From the NCBI RefSeq assembly GCF_036321535.1, contig NC_087436.1:34598001-34662000 (forward strand): 64,000 bases of DNA, given 5' to 3'. Position numbers and translations under genes: made by a program. A model generated the notes under the pieces. It ran no database searches. It was not told the DNA's origin and saw only the letters and a list, made by a program, of their open reading frames with translations. This document shows positions 1 to 13,216 of the stretch, piece by piece. This stretch comes from Camelus dromedarius (lineage: Eukaryota). Within the stretch, counting starts at the first letter, position 1. Each line of letters starts with the position of its first letter.

Positions 1-254
1 TGTAGCTATTGTTTCAATTTATCAGTATGGTCCTGAAACACAGCACTGCTTTGTAACTCTGAAAAAGCAGGGAAACTATGCTGAAGTACTGAATACCACT
101 TCACTCACATCACGACAAAAAATATATTTAAAGAAACCTTGCTTTTTATGGATAATGCACATACAACAGCAGTGTGTGTACATATACATTCTTACATTTT
201 TGCACATATACATAAGGTGTCACTGAGAGTACAGAATAAGAAGTCACATGACTC

Positions 255-570
255 TTAATTCATTCAACAGGTTTTTTCCAGAGTGTCTTCAATGTACAAG
301 TCAGTGTTCTAGGCACTGGGTATGCAAAGGTCATTTTTAAAAATCCTGGCCTTTATAAATCTCACATTCTTGGGGGAGGCAGCAATAAATAAGACAGGTA
401 AAATATGTGAAATAGATTGTATGCTAAAAAGAGGAAAGTGCTAAGAAAAAATAAATCTTGGAAAGGAAAGAGAAATTGTGTTGGGGAAGGTGAAATTTTA
501 CATAAGATGGCCCATGAGGCGCTCACTGAGACAGTGACATTTTCCTAAAGATTTAAGTGAGAAAGAGATC
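255..570 (-). mobile_element. L2 LINE 3' fragment (old)
   Basis: Starts 'attcattcaacagg...aatgtacaagtcagtgttctaggcactggg', typical of a reverse-strand L2 3' end; purine-rich continuation to 'ctcactgagacagtgacatt'. Confidence 0.65.
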
Positions 571-1054
571 ATGTATCAATAGAAGTTGAACATGAGAAGC
601 AGATGCTTCTCTTTGTATGTCAAACAGAACAAAGTACTCAACACAGGGAATAATGTGTTCACAGAGATTAAGGAGGTCTACCACTGATTAAAAGAGCTGA
701 AGTACTCACCATCTTAGCTGTGGTGGAGAAAACAGAACATGGTGGCTATTATATCTCCATCAAACCACCAGTGCCTAGACGTGCATGAAATTGGGGACAG
801 GCTGAGGCCACCAGTGCAACAGCCTGAAGGTACTCATGAGGAGCAAGGAAGATGGCCTCTACCTTGCTTCCATGTTTTAAACTGCTTCAAGTGCATTTAA
901 TTGGTGGACACTGTTCACATCCCAGATTCTAGACAATCTAGAGAATTCTAGAGAACCTAGATTTGGGCTTTGCAAATGAAATGAGGATAGGATTAATGTT
1001 GAGATATCCTATTCAAAAGTTGTATCAGATCGAAATTATTAGGAAACAGTGCCC

Positions 1055-1550
1055 AATCAGATAGATATTCTCAGGTCTTTTAATGACTTTGGCTTTATTC
1101 TCTGAGTGATATTGGAAGTCATTAGTGACTTTCCAGAAGAGTGACATGATTTGTCTGAAGTTTTAATAGGGCAGATGTGACTGCTGTTCTGAGAAAAAAC
1201 AATAAAGGGTGGAAAGGGTAAAACAATCCAGGCAATACAGCTTTCATAAGAGTGAAGAGAAGAGGTCACAGTCTAGATACATTTTGAAAATCCAGTTAAC
1301 TGAATTTACCTTTAGATTTGTTGTGAAAAAGAAAGAGAAAAAAATCAAGGATGATTCCAAGGTTTTATTCTTTGAAATTGGGAGGAATGAGCTGCCATTA
1401 ACTGAAATGCCAACAATGTTAAGAAAAGTAGGCTAGTGTTGGGGAGGGAGAGATTAGAAACTCAGTTTGGCACATTTTAAGTGACATTCAAATAGGATTT
1501 CAAGTAGGAGCTTGGACATATGAATCTGTAGTTAGGATAATATTTAAGAA
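1055..1550 (-). mobile_element. L2 LINE fragment
   Basis: 'gactttggctttattctctgagtga', 'aatcaaggatgattccaaggttt', 'gccattaactgaaatg', 'gaaactcagtttggcacattttaag' resemble reverse-strand L2. Explains ORFs 1057..1269 and 1209..1436. Confidence 0.75.
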
Positions 1551-2125
1551 TAACATATCAATTTACCAAAATAATCCTGTGTCTGTTTGCCAAGCATGTT
1601 GAATATAGAAAAATTTATTCCTTATTCTTAGCTTGTAGAGAACCTTTTCCCCTTCTTCCCTTAAAATTAGTTCATGTGTTTTACTGAAGTAAAAAAAAAA
1701 TTTCTTTACTTAATCACATCTTCCAATGAATATTAAGTTTGCTGACCTCTTGTACCATTCATCCATATCTGTAAGACATTGTTAAAAGAGTGATTAAAAG
1801 TTAATTGAAGATTAAAATTGTTGAGCATTGAGGAATCTCTGTTACTTTTAAGCAGAATCTTTAATAATTCTGAAAGCAGAATGCTTCAGCCATCCAGACA
1901 TGCAAAGCACTAATCCCTTCTGTTTCCGGAGATAACCATTTATTTCCATTTCCAAATGAATCCATCTGCTCACGTGACCTGAGTTCAGAAGGAGTGGAAT
2001 CCAGGGACTAGAAAAGAAGTGAACTTCTTTTGGTCCCTCAGCAAACTGAGCAGCCCTCACAGAACAGGAGCAGTCTCAGTGGTCATGGAGGCAATCATTC
2101 GGGACTCAGAGGTAAATGAATAATT

Positions 2126-3098
2126 TTTTGATTTATTTTTTATTTTTTATTTTTTAATTTACAATGTTGTATTAGTTTCTGGTGTACAGCAAAGTGATTC
2201 AGTTATATATATGTGTGTGTGTATTTTTCATTATAGATTACTACCAGCCATTGAATACAGTTCCATGTGCTGTACAATTGGACCTTATTGTTTCTCTATT
2301 CTCTACATAGTGGTTTGTGTCAGCCAATCCCGAACTTCCAGTTTATCCCTCCCACTCCCTCTTTGCCCCAGTAACCATAGGTTTACTTTCTCTGTCTCTG
2401 AGTCTCTTCCTGTTTTGTAAATAATATCATTTGTGTTATTTTTTTTGTAGATTCCACAAATAAATGATATCATATATTTGTCTTTCTCTGACTTACTTCA
2501 CTTAGTATGATAATCTCTAGGTCCATCCATATTTCTGCAAATGGCATTATTTCACTTCTTCTTATGGTTGAGTAGTGTTTCATTCACACACCATATTTTC
2601 TTTATCCAGTCATCTGTTGATGGATGTTTACATTGCTTCCATGTCTTGGCTATTGTAAATAGTGCTGCTGTGAACACTGGATGCATGTGTCTTTTCGAAT
2701 TACAGTTTTCTCCAGATATTCACCCAAGAGTAGGATTGCTGGATCATATGGTAAGTCTATTTTTAGTTTTTTAAGGAACCTCCATACTGTTCTTTATAGT
2801 GGCTACACCAAATTACATTCCCACTAACAGTATAGGTGGGTTCCTTTTGTTCCACATCCTCTCCAGCATTTATTTAGACTTTTTGATGATGGACATTTTG
2901 ACCAGTGTGAGGTGGTACCTCACTGTAGCTTTGCTTTGCATTTCTCTAATAATTAGTTATGTTGATCATCTTTTCATGTGCCTATTGGCCATCTGTATGT
3001 CCTCTTTGGAGAAATGTCTATTTAGATCTTCTGCCCATTTTTTTTATTGGGTTGTTTGTTATTTTTAATTGAGCTATGTGAGCTGCTTGTATATACTA
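2126..3098 (-). mobile_element. 5'-truncated L1 (ORF2 C-terminus + 3' UTR + poly-A) with ~25-bp TSD
   Basis: Poly-T, then L1 3' UTR/ORF2-end motifs ('tttatccagtcatctgttgatgga', 'gagaaatgtctatttagatcttctgccca'). Flanked by gggactcagaggtaaatgaataatt (2101-2125) and gggactcaaagataaatgaataatt (3099-3123). Confidence 0.93.
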
Positions 3099-4109
3099 GG
3101 GACTCAAAGATAAATGAATAATTGACCAAAATATAAACGGAAGCCTTGGACTAAGCATTATTCTGAAAGAGGGATAAATGGACACACTCACAAGCACTTA
3201 TTCATAGGCTCACAGAGAAAAGAAAGAGCTAAGAAAAAAGTAATCACATATTTTTTTTTGAAACTGACAAACACAAAGAGGAAGAAGGAAGAGTTCTATG
3301 CATATAAAATTGTATTAAATTATGATAATTCTACTCAATTCTACTCAACCTATTGGCTTGCTTTAAACTGTTTATAAGAATCTATATTACTTCTTTTCTA
3401 AAAATAGCAAGTATTTCTGCTTGAATTATTAAGCGTTAAAGAGCCTTAAACCACAAATAATAGATCAGCCTACGAGTGGAAAAATAACTAGACAGATGAG
3501 TAGCATGTTAATGTGGAAGGGGTAAAAGGAAAGGAAGCTGAAGCAGCTACAAGGATAGAGGACCTGTCAGCTAATTCTGGTTCCTGCTCTGCAAATGTAG
3601 CATTTTTTTTGGTTGAGAATAGTTGAACAATAAAAGCACCTTATATTTGAAGAACACTTTAAATTTAGTCTAAGCCTTTTCAAATAGTCATCTCAAATGA
3701 AGAAAATAAACATTTACATAACTTGCCTAAGGTAATGATTGATGAGTGCCAGTCTGGCTTGGAAAACCATAGTCCCCTAACTGCAACCTCATTGCCCTTC
3801 AATGACAATACTGTTTCAGGAGAAAGATTTCAATCGGGAATCATACACCTCTGGATATCTAACTCATAAAACAGTGGCATTCTATAGTCTGAAAAGACTT
3901 CACATATTTCACCAGTAGGTCTTAAAGGTTTCCGAATGAAGACTGTTTAAAAAAAATAAATAAATAAATAAACTTTTTTTTTTTTTTTCCCCGTCACCTG
4001 ACTACAACTGAGCTTTTCGACCCTGGCAATGGTGGAAATACATAAAGCATATGAATTCAAGGCTTTCTTGCAAATATTCCAAGGCTTATAATTTGGAAAC
4101 TACTGATTT

Positions 4110-4230
4110 AGTCCAATCCTCTCATTTTACAGAGGGGAATCCAAAACCCAGGGAAACTAAGTGAATCACCCAAGGACATAATGCAAGTTATTCGCAGAAC
4201 TGAGAGTGTGACTACTCCAGGCTGCTTTCC
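4110..4230 (-). mobile_element. MIR SINE fragment
   Basis: 'ctcattttacagaggggaatccaaaacccagggaaactaagtgaatcacccaagg' resembles the MIR core in reverse. Confidence 0.65.
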
Positions 4231-4799
4231 CTCCTCCTTCGTTTGGGAACAATTCCTTTTCTGTTTCCCTCTTGGCACACTGTGGTTGTAGCTATCATGA
4301 GATTTGAATTCTATTTTGAGTGCTAGGTTGACTTGGCCCTGCCGTTTTCCGTACAGCCGCTACTTCATTCCAGGAGAGGCTCCGACGATTTCTCTGTTTT
4401 CTGCTGCTGATCGATAGGGTGACGACAGACTTGGAGGAGATCCAAGAAAAGAGAAATTCGTTAAAAATAAAGATAACTAGATACAATTACTAGGAAAAAT
4501 AAATTCGGGGTGTTTCCCTTTGCCATCATTCAAATGATAAATTAAAGCGAGTGTTTCAATTAACTCCATTTTTCCCTTTGCACGATGGGGGAAATCTTTC
4601 TATGAGGCCTTGTGAAAGTGGAAAGACAAACCAAGTGCGATGCATATTTCATAAATCATAGGGCTTCTCTAGTACCTAGGAGTTTTCTTAAAAGTTGTTT
4701 TGTGCTTACTTCACTTTGAATAAAGAAAAAGATAAAGTCAACAGTAGACAGAAGGGTATAATACTCGGTTACAAAGGAAACTTTCTTTGTTCTTAGGAT

Positions 4800-6310
4800 G
4801 TTTTACACTAAGTTATATTTAGTTTGATACCAAAATTCATTTTATGACTATTTTTTGAAAGATATTCTTCTGGTTTTATTTTTTTCCTTCAAATTATCGT
4901 CAATCTTTCTGACCTCTATTTTCTAAGTATATCTCTTATGTAAATATGTCTGAAGTAAAGCTCTTGTTCAAAGTGAATTGCAGGGACTTGAATTGTAGCC
5001 AATATGGAGATAAAATATTTTAATTGACAAGTTAAACCATTTGCCTTGTTGTAATTATTTGGGGGTTTTCTTTTATCTGAATTATCTTTTTATATTCGCT
5101 ACACTATATTTTGCTTCATTTACCTTTCAGGCTTATAATAGATATATTGTCTTCTTTTTTTTTTTTTTTTTTTTTTGTGTGTGGAGCTTATACATTTGCA
5201 TGTCATTTATTTATATTTTAATCAGTGTCTACTGCTTTATAATATATATGTCTGTATATGGAGCAAGGAAAGAATCTTGTTTTGCTTTTACCACCTTTTT
5301 TTTGGTCTCCTGTTCCTCAAATACCACCCCTACCTGTCAATATTGTCTAGAGTTTATTTGTGGATTATTATGAGTATACATTTTTTAAAACATTGTTTTC
5401 TTAGACAACAATAAACTTCAATAAGTTCTATAACTAACCTTATTTTCCATATCTTAATGCATTTCACCCAGCTTTATTTCTCTTCTAGATATAATACATT
5501 CACTCTACAATCTTCTTTCTGAGAAGATCTTTTTGTGGTAAATATTCTGAATCCATTTAATCCTAAACATATTTTTCTTAGCTTACATTTAAATAATTTA
5601 ACTGGAGAGAAGATTCTAGGTTTAGATATATTTTCCTTCAAAACTTTGGAAACAATGTTATATTTTTTCCCTTGAGAAAGCTGGTGTCACTGACTTCTCA
5701 GCCTTGATTCTTGGAGGTGATCTGCTTTTTCTCACTAGAAGCATTAAAATGTCATCTTCATCTTTGATATTTTGCTATTATTTCACTACTAGGTCTCTAA
5801 ATGCATATTTTTCCTCTTTCTCAGCATCCCACTTGCCTTTCAAAATGAGATCTCAGACATTTTTTGTAGGGGAGATGAATTCTCAATCATTATTTTTAAA
5901 GTATTTTCTTCCTCTCAGGTACTATTTCTGCTTCTGAGTTCCTCTTCACAGCTCATGGTTAGATTTCTGCTTCTATGCCTTATTTTTATTTTACTGTATT
6001 TTATTTTTTGTCTCTTCATTCTAGGGAACTTCCTAGACTAGCTTTTTAGCTCACTATTTTATTCTTTGGCCAAATTCAGTCTGCTATCAAGGCCATATGC
6101 TAAGTCCTTTATTTCCAAAATTGCCTTCTCATAACCAATATCTCCAGTGAATTCTTGTTAATATCCCAATTTCTGCTTCATGCTTCCAATCTTTTTTCCC
6201 ATCATGCTGTGCACATCACTATGCCTGTTTTTAGTCCATGTCTGTCTGCTTCATTAGAGTTCCTTCCTCTTGTCTAGGTTGTTCACATTCTTTGTTTTCT
6301 CTTGTAGTTG
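4800..6310 (-). mobile_element. Old, highly diverged L1M fragment(s)
   Basis: Long T-rich pyrimidine-biased tract with L1M-like motifs ('agaattctaggtttagatatattttccttcaaaactttg', 'aaattcagtctgctatcaagg'). Confidence 0.55.
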
Positions 6311-8329
6311 TTTCATTCAAACTTCATAATGAATTCATCATATGACTGATTGGTATTATCAGTTATCTACTAATAATGATTATTAGAAAAGATAAAACCC
6401 TAGACCTTAGCATATGAACCAAGGGGTAGGTTTGTGGGATGGAAAAAGACACATTTCAGGGCACAGAGAATCTTGATTGACATCTGAGTGTGACCATCTA
6501 CTCCATTTTTTTTCTGGAATCCTTTATCTGCAAAGGAGTGTTTTAGGCCTCAAGCCTTGGGCTCGCCTGCTTTTTTGTTTTTGTTTTTTTGTTTGTTTTT
6601 TTTGAGACCATCCCTCATTGACACCATTGCCTTATACAGAGGGAAAGAGGGGAGGAGAGGGAAGGCAAATATTCACAGGATGCCTCACTTCCTGTACTTA
6701 GAGCTCCCCTCCTAGTTGGACTCCAGAACATTCTTGCTACAACACTGAGGTTAGGAGTGTGATGGGTCAAGAAAAGAGCAAACCTAGAAAAATCTTTTCC
6801 AGCATCTTCTGTGGTCCTTTCAGCTTCTTAAAAAAATGTTTGTTCATTGCTGAAAATGGATCCCCATCTCTCCTGTGGCCTCTCCGCTGGTGTGATTAAG
6901 TCAACAGCAAAGATTTGATTTATCATTTTTGTGGAAGTTATATGTGTGTTACATTCTTCATCAGCAGATATATCTGACTTTCAGTGAATATACAGGTGAA
7001 TTCACGTTAACATTATGAGCCCATCTTCTCAGTTTCTACTGTTCAGTGTCACTTAGCTTGTATCAATGTAGAGGACAAATTTGATAAGTTTGGAATTTGC
7101 TCATATCTACCTATCTGTCTATCTGCCTCTATATTGACCTCACTACTGACTTATAAAACTGAAAGTTTAGGATTCAGTGTAACATTTGTATAATATGATT
7201 GTTCATATCAATAGGATATTTAATTATGATTTCTCTTACAGGTATTGGCATTGTAAAGAACAACATTTCACAAAGTGTTTTTACTCAGGAAACAGGGAAA
7301 TACAAATTTCCTGGCTAAACAAATGAACACAGTTTTCTTTACAAGAAGTCTGCTCAGAATTCTTAATTACTAACTTACACTAAGAATCTTTGGGAAGAAG
7401 GTGTAGCATAAAAATATATTCCAAAGCATACTTTTCTTAAAGTTAAAAACATCACTCATAAAATGTAATGAGAGCATATGACAAAGATTTATTTTATTCA
7501 TTCATGTGAAAACTAGCAGAATAGTGATTTGAACAGTAGAAATTTATTTAGTCCATCAAAAAAGGCATGCTGAAGTAAATTTGCTAAATTAGAGACAAAA
7601 CTGGTTTATGTCTGACAGGACAGTCAAAGGATAACCTTTGAGGTAATCATTTCTGTTCATCAGAATTAATTTGTAATCTCTTTCTCACATAGAATTAACA
7701 TGTACTTCACAAAACCTGGCTCCTGATCAATATTTAAATTGTACTTCAAAAAACAAATTGTACCTCCTCTTAAATAAATAATCTGAAGTGGACCTGTTAG
7801 ATGATAATCCAAGCACACCATTGAAAGGACACGTGTCATCCTTAGTTCCAAATTTTTGGTAATTTATCTTAAAATTTTTTCCACACATATTAAATCCTCT
7901 TCTCAATAGATATCTCCTGGGATTAATGTTTCTCTGTCTATATTTTGGAAAACATTGGAATAGACCATAACATAAGTGCAGACCCCAAGATATCACCTAG
8001 TTGAAGAGTGGGCAAAATCTGAACTAGTTAGTATTGAATAGCGCACACACTGACTATTCATTTCTTTTTACAACATGCTGTTGTATGTCACTTTTTGCTT
8101 CTTTCTTTCCTCCTTCTCTTCCCTAAGTTTCTCTTTTCCTCTAAGATGTATTTATGCTCACTTCCTTTTTTAAACTCTTTTTTTTGGGGGGGTGGTTATT
8201 TCTAATTCTGATGTTCTAAACAATTAAATACATATATTCTGATTATTGCCACCCTAAGGATACAGAAACCAAACAACTGATACTCAACTTTATACCAATC
8301 CTTGAATTACCTACTGGATTCATTTCCCA

Positions 8330-8890
8330 AAACCTTTATATTGCTTTCTTTGGAACTTCCCTCGCTATATAAAATCTTACTTCACCTTTTCACTTTCTTC
8401 AGCTGTGGTAAACGATGAGGAGACTGTCCCCCTTGAAGACTTCTCTGAGGAAGCAGCTAATATTGTGCGTCACCCCACTGCCTCCAAATCAGAAGGTGGG
8501 ATGGTGCCCTACATGCTCCTGACTGCTGCTTCTGAACACTAACACCCTACACCCTTCTCAACTGCTGTTCTGAAGCTTGTGCCCCTTTATTCTTACACTT
8601 TGCTATTCTTTCCCAATATGAAGGCTACTAATGACCATTCTCTGAACATTAAAGCATCTTTTTTGAGTCTTCCCTAGGTACTACCATCCCCCTGGGTGAT
8701 TTCAACATGTACCACAACCATTCAGTTTCTGATTCCGTCATCATCAGTCACTTTTGTTCTTTGAATTTGCAAAGACCTACAACCCTCTACCCCTTTTTTT
8801 GCTCCTCATCAAGCCCCTTCTCTTTTCAGGTCCTTTCTATTTAGCTTTGATTCCGTGAGCCATCCTTCAGTATATTTATTTCCAAATATG
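8330..8890 (+). mobile_element. L2 LINE fragment, endonuclease region
   Basis: 'gaggagactgtcccccttgaagac...gaaggtgggatggtgccc...ccctgggtgatttcaacatg' resembles the L2 APE-coding region (GDFN-like motif). Confidence 0.55.
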
Positions 8891-9312
8891 TTCATTTGTG
8901 TTAGAGACTTTCTGTTTTACCTCAGGGAAATACATTGTTTGTGAACAAAAACTCTCCAAAAATGATCAAAGACAACCTTGAATTCACAGAGACTTCTTAA
9001 GACTATTTTAGAACTTTATTTTCCTTTACAAAGGATAGATGTGAGAACAATATGGCAGATCAAAGTGTGAGTAGTCTGTGTGGAAGGCAAGCGTAGAGGT
9101 CAGATCCCTTTAGAATGACTCAAACAGTAAAAAAAATCTTAGAAGTTGAACTAATATGCAAGATGAGTTGAGAAAATCGTCTAAGATTTGATAATCTAAG
9201 AAGTATTCAAATTGTTTGGATTAGAAAATTTGGCCAACAACAGCTTGCTAGAGGTTATTGCAAAGATTTCAGTCTTGACGCAAAATCAAGGGTATAAAAT
9301 GGAGCTAAAAAG

Positions 9313-9330
9313 GTGTGTGTGTGTGTGTGT
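9313..9330. repeat. (GT)9 microsatellite
   Basis: Seen directly. Confidence 0.95.
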
Positions 9331-12300
9331 TGTGGTGTTGAGGGGTTGGGGGAGGGGAGTTGAGGAGGCGTCTTCTCCAGGTTCTAGGAATCAGGCATGA
9401 TGACAGACTGATGGAACTAGCATATGGAGCATATCACTCCTCTTGAAAATAGAAGTTAAATCCCAGATCCAGAAGGAAAGGACTGTAATCCTTCTGACTC
9501 CACCAAAATGCCACTCAGAACATTATCCTCAACCAGAAACAGAAAGCATGGTTCTAGGGGCCATGAACTTTGTGAGCCAGAATGTGAGTGCCAAAGACCA
9601 GGAATGGACAGCATCTAACCAACTCTTGGTGCAGGAAGAGCCCTCCAGGACAGCAGCAGACTGAGACATAAGACTGTTCATTCCTGAAAAACCTACGGGG
9701 GATAAACTGGCATTTGAATGTGCTGACTCATAACCACAAAGTTATGCTTGAAATCACATTCCTGCTAAAATGTTGGTAAGTAAATTAACTCTTTCACTAA
9801 AAATCTTCATCCCTTGTAATGAATTAAGTCTAAACACCCAGTTGCCACTTTCTATTTGAGATACTTAGAGACCCCATTGGCCCAAAGAGGAAGGGTCTCC
9901 AATTTGGGGCCTCAGGTTGCTGGTGGCAAGTGCATGAACCAGAACTGGGGATAAAATGGGAGGTGGAGACCCTCCATCCTGCTGATTCAGCCATGGGACT
10001 AAGCTCACCCATTTTCATGGCTCTGATGCCAGAAATCAAGTAATTCTAGTCACATTAACTGAAAAATAGAGCTCTTTTTATTTAATGTTTCATCCCTTAT
10101 TTTCTTACAGTGATACCTAGGTTGAACAGTTACTGCCAACCTGACTACAATTTCCAGCTGACCATCAGTGTTAGAAATATTTTGTACTAAGTGGTGATAT
10201 AAAGAATTAAACTTTCATAGACCAGTGATTGGAGTCATTTTAAGTTATAATTAATGATTCTTGGTTTAGTTTGGAATTTGATTGCAATGGACAATACGTA
10301 TCAATGTCACATGACTGAGTATTATTGAACAGGATATTGGGGTTTTATGACAGTGAAACTAGAACCTTCCCCATTAACTCATTTCTGGTACTTGGCCAGA
10401 TTTACATCAGCATCTTAGTTAGTGAGAAGCTTGGCTGATGTAGTTTGAAATTTATTCTTGGTGGGGCCTCCGTGTGTTCACAGAGGCCCTATGATAAGAC
10501 ATTGTACTGTACTCAGAGCTATTCTTTTGACATTTGAAGGCAACATTAAGGCTTTCATGGAGGTAGGTTTACTTTAGTGTAGCATAGTTCACTAGAACTT
10601 TTGATTAGCCTAAGAATTCCTCAGATAATTGTGAGACTAGCTTAAGATTGCTTATAAGACACTTAGATAAATCTTGATGCAATTAGTGGGATTTTTATAA
10701 TCAAACACAAATGCTGTCTTCCCTGTGGTTTAAAATTTTTTAATTTTGATTTATTATTAACATTTCTCTAACTGGGGACAATATGAAGAGAAAATAACCC
10801 GTAAATCTCTCTTTCAGATAATATTTATTGCATTTTATTTTTAAAATAACAAAAGTAAAATATGTTCTTAGAGAATTCAGACAGCAAATAAAGGTATAAA
10901 AAGTGGAAATCTAGTGCCTGCCTTGAATATCACTGTTTTATTTGTTTTCTTTTACAAAAATACACAAAACAGCATGATTTTATGTATTGTTTTTAAAAAT
11001 AAACAAAGAGAATCACTCTAAACACGTCATTGAGTATATTGCATTTTTCACCTAATGCTACATCTGGGACAGCTTTCGTATTAGCACATACATAGGTACT
11101 TTACTTTTTTTCGGGCTCAAGATATCCTGTTTCATTGATGTCCTATAATTGTCATATTCAGATACCTTGTCTGCTTCATATTTTACTACCAAACATTCAT
11201 CCTCACTTTTCCCCCTAATTGTACACATCACAAGTTTTTGTTGAAGTACTAATTGATATGCTGTTTCAGTCACGTTCACATGCAGAGTAAAAATGTGGGA
11301 CTCAGTAAATAATATGAAATATTCTAAATGTTTCAGGTGTCTGTTATCACCTTATCTTCATCTTCTGTAAAGTCTGGTACAATTCATACCAATATCCCAA
11401 AGATTACATAGGGAAGAACTTTGGCTATTTTTGTCTGCTCTAACTCTGAATTTTCACCCCCAACTTAATTCAGCACCCCAGTTCACTGTTGCTCTTCCTG
11501 ATAATACAAATTAATACGAATTCAGTGAACCCAAGGTTGCTCCATACACCACAACCATTACAATCATGGAGCCAATCTAAGATTCTTTTTCATGATTTGT
11601 TGTATGATATAAAATATGTTTTATGGGACAAATGCTTCATCCTATTCCCCCTCATTTAACTCCTTTTGCCCTTAAATTTAATGTAAAACAAATCTGGTTA
11701 TTGACACGAAAATAGTAAGTCAATTCAATAAAAAAGAAATCATTAAAATCTTTATCCAGCTGACTAATTATTTGGCCCAAGCAAGTCTTCAGTTCAGGCA
11801 AACCTATCACCAGGAGTTTCTGTATTGAGATAACTAAAGCCTGATATAATTCTCTTCCATGGTAATTTTTCCTTAAAATACAACGAATTCTTTTTTTTAA
11901 TGTATTCACCTCCTCAGCAATAAAAAGTTCTCCACTGTTGAAAGTCACAGTAATTTATCTTTACATTTCCACTTCAAGGCAATAGTCAATATTGCAGTCT
12001 GGTTCTTGCTTAAGGCAACTGTGTGCTCACCTTCACCTCAAGCTTACAACCTGAAATGGGACCTTTTGTCTCTTTTACCCTAACTTATCCTGACAATTGA
12101 TTTTCTGAGCCTGTTACATAAGCATGAAACTTTTTTTTATCTGACCTTATTCAACAAATATAAAAATGAATTAAGTTACATAAGGGGCCTAGACCAGAGT
12201 TTGTTTTTCTTCTTCTTTCTTTTTCCCTTTAAATAAACATCAAACCAAGCCATTTCCAAAGCCAAGCCTTAAAATTATATAATTTTCTAGCTGAATAGCA

Positions 12301-13180
12301 TACTGTAAATAATCTAATTGCTCTCACTTCTTTTAGCCAACTCAAACTCACTCATTTTATAGACTTGGATACTGAGACCCAGAGAAATTAAATGAATTGC
12401 CCAAGACCTTATAAATGGAGGCATGCAAATTCTTTTTCTCTTATTTTTTTATTCCTTCTTACTGTATAGGGCTGAAGTTGAAAGAAATAAACTCTATGCC
12501 TATGTCTATGTTCAGAAAAACATGTCCCCAAATGTCGGGCATTGTCAGCGTGCAAAGACTGGTATGAATTCTTCAAAAAGCAAAACTTTGAGCTTTCACC
12601 CATGCAAGTACTTCACAGCAAATATGTAGAAGAAACAGTAATCCTGGTTTATCTGAGAGTAAACTAATAGAGAATGAATGTGGCAGCCTGGATGGAAACT
12701 GACAGGGTGAATTACCAGATGACAAGGTAGACAATAATTATGACCTAAGTAATCAAGATGAAGAGTATGAGATCGCCTCAAAATAGTCCATCAGGACATC
12801 TGTTGCCTCTGAATATACAATACAGTTTTTAAAAATGTCAATGCAATAATATTTGCCCAACTTCTTTTTTCCTCTAATCTCAATGTATTTATTATTTTTG
12901 AAGGTGCACTTAAAAATTACTAGTAACTCCCATAATAAAAGTTTTTAATTGATCAAAAATCTTATGGTTTATATAACACTAATACAGTTATTTTTCAAAT
13001 CTACAAAGGATCTGAGACAGATTTAAAACTATAGTTCAGTCTTCCAAAATCTATTAAATAGAATTAATAATCAACATAGATTTGTTTGTGAAATTTGAGA
13101 AGGGAACCTATGGTAATATTTGAGCAGAAGGCTGAAATCAAGACTGCAACCCAAATGTCGCTCAACAATATAGCATGTCA

Positions 13181-13181
13181 T

Positions 13182-13214
<33 letters not shown>
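13181..13214. repeat. (TG)n microsatellite, one interruption
   Basis: Seen directly. Confidence 0.95.

Positions 13215-13216
<2 letters not shown>

Noticed and set aside
928..962. Four ~10-bp-spaced (T/C)CTAGA units
   Set aside because: Short degenerate tandem repeat, probably within an old repeat; no spacer structure.
2211..3068. + strand ORFs of 69-89 aa (similarly 20617..21019 and 46011..46205)
   Set aside because: Antisense frames of L1 sequence, not genes.
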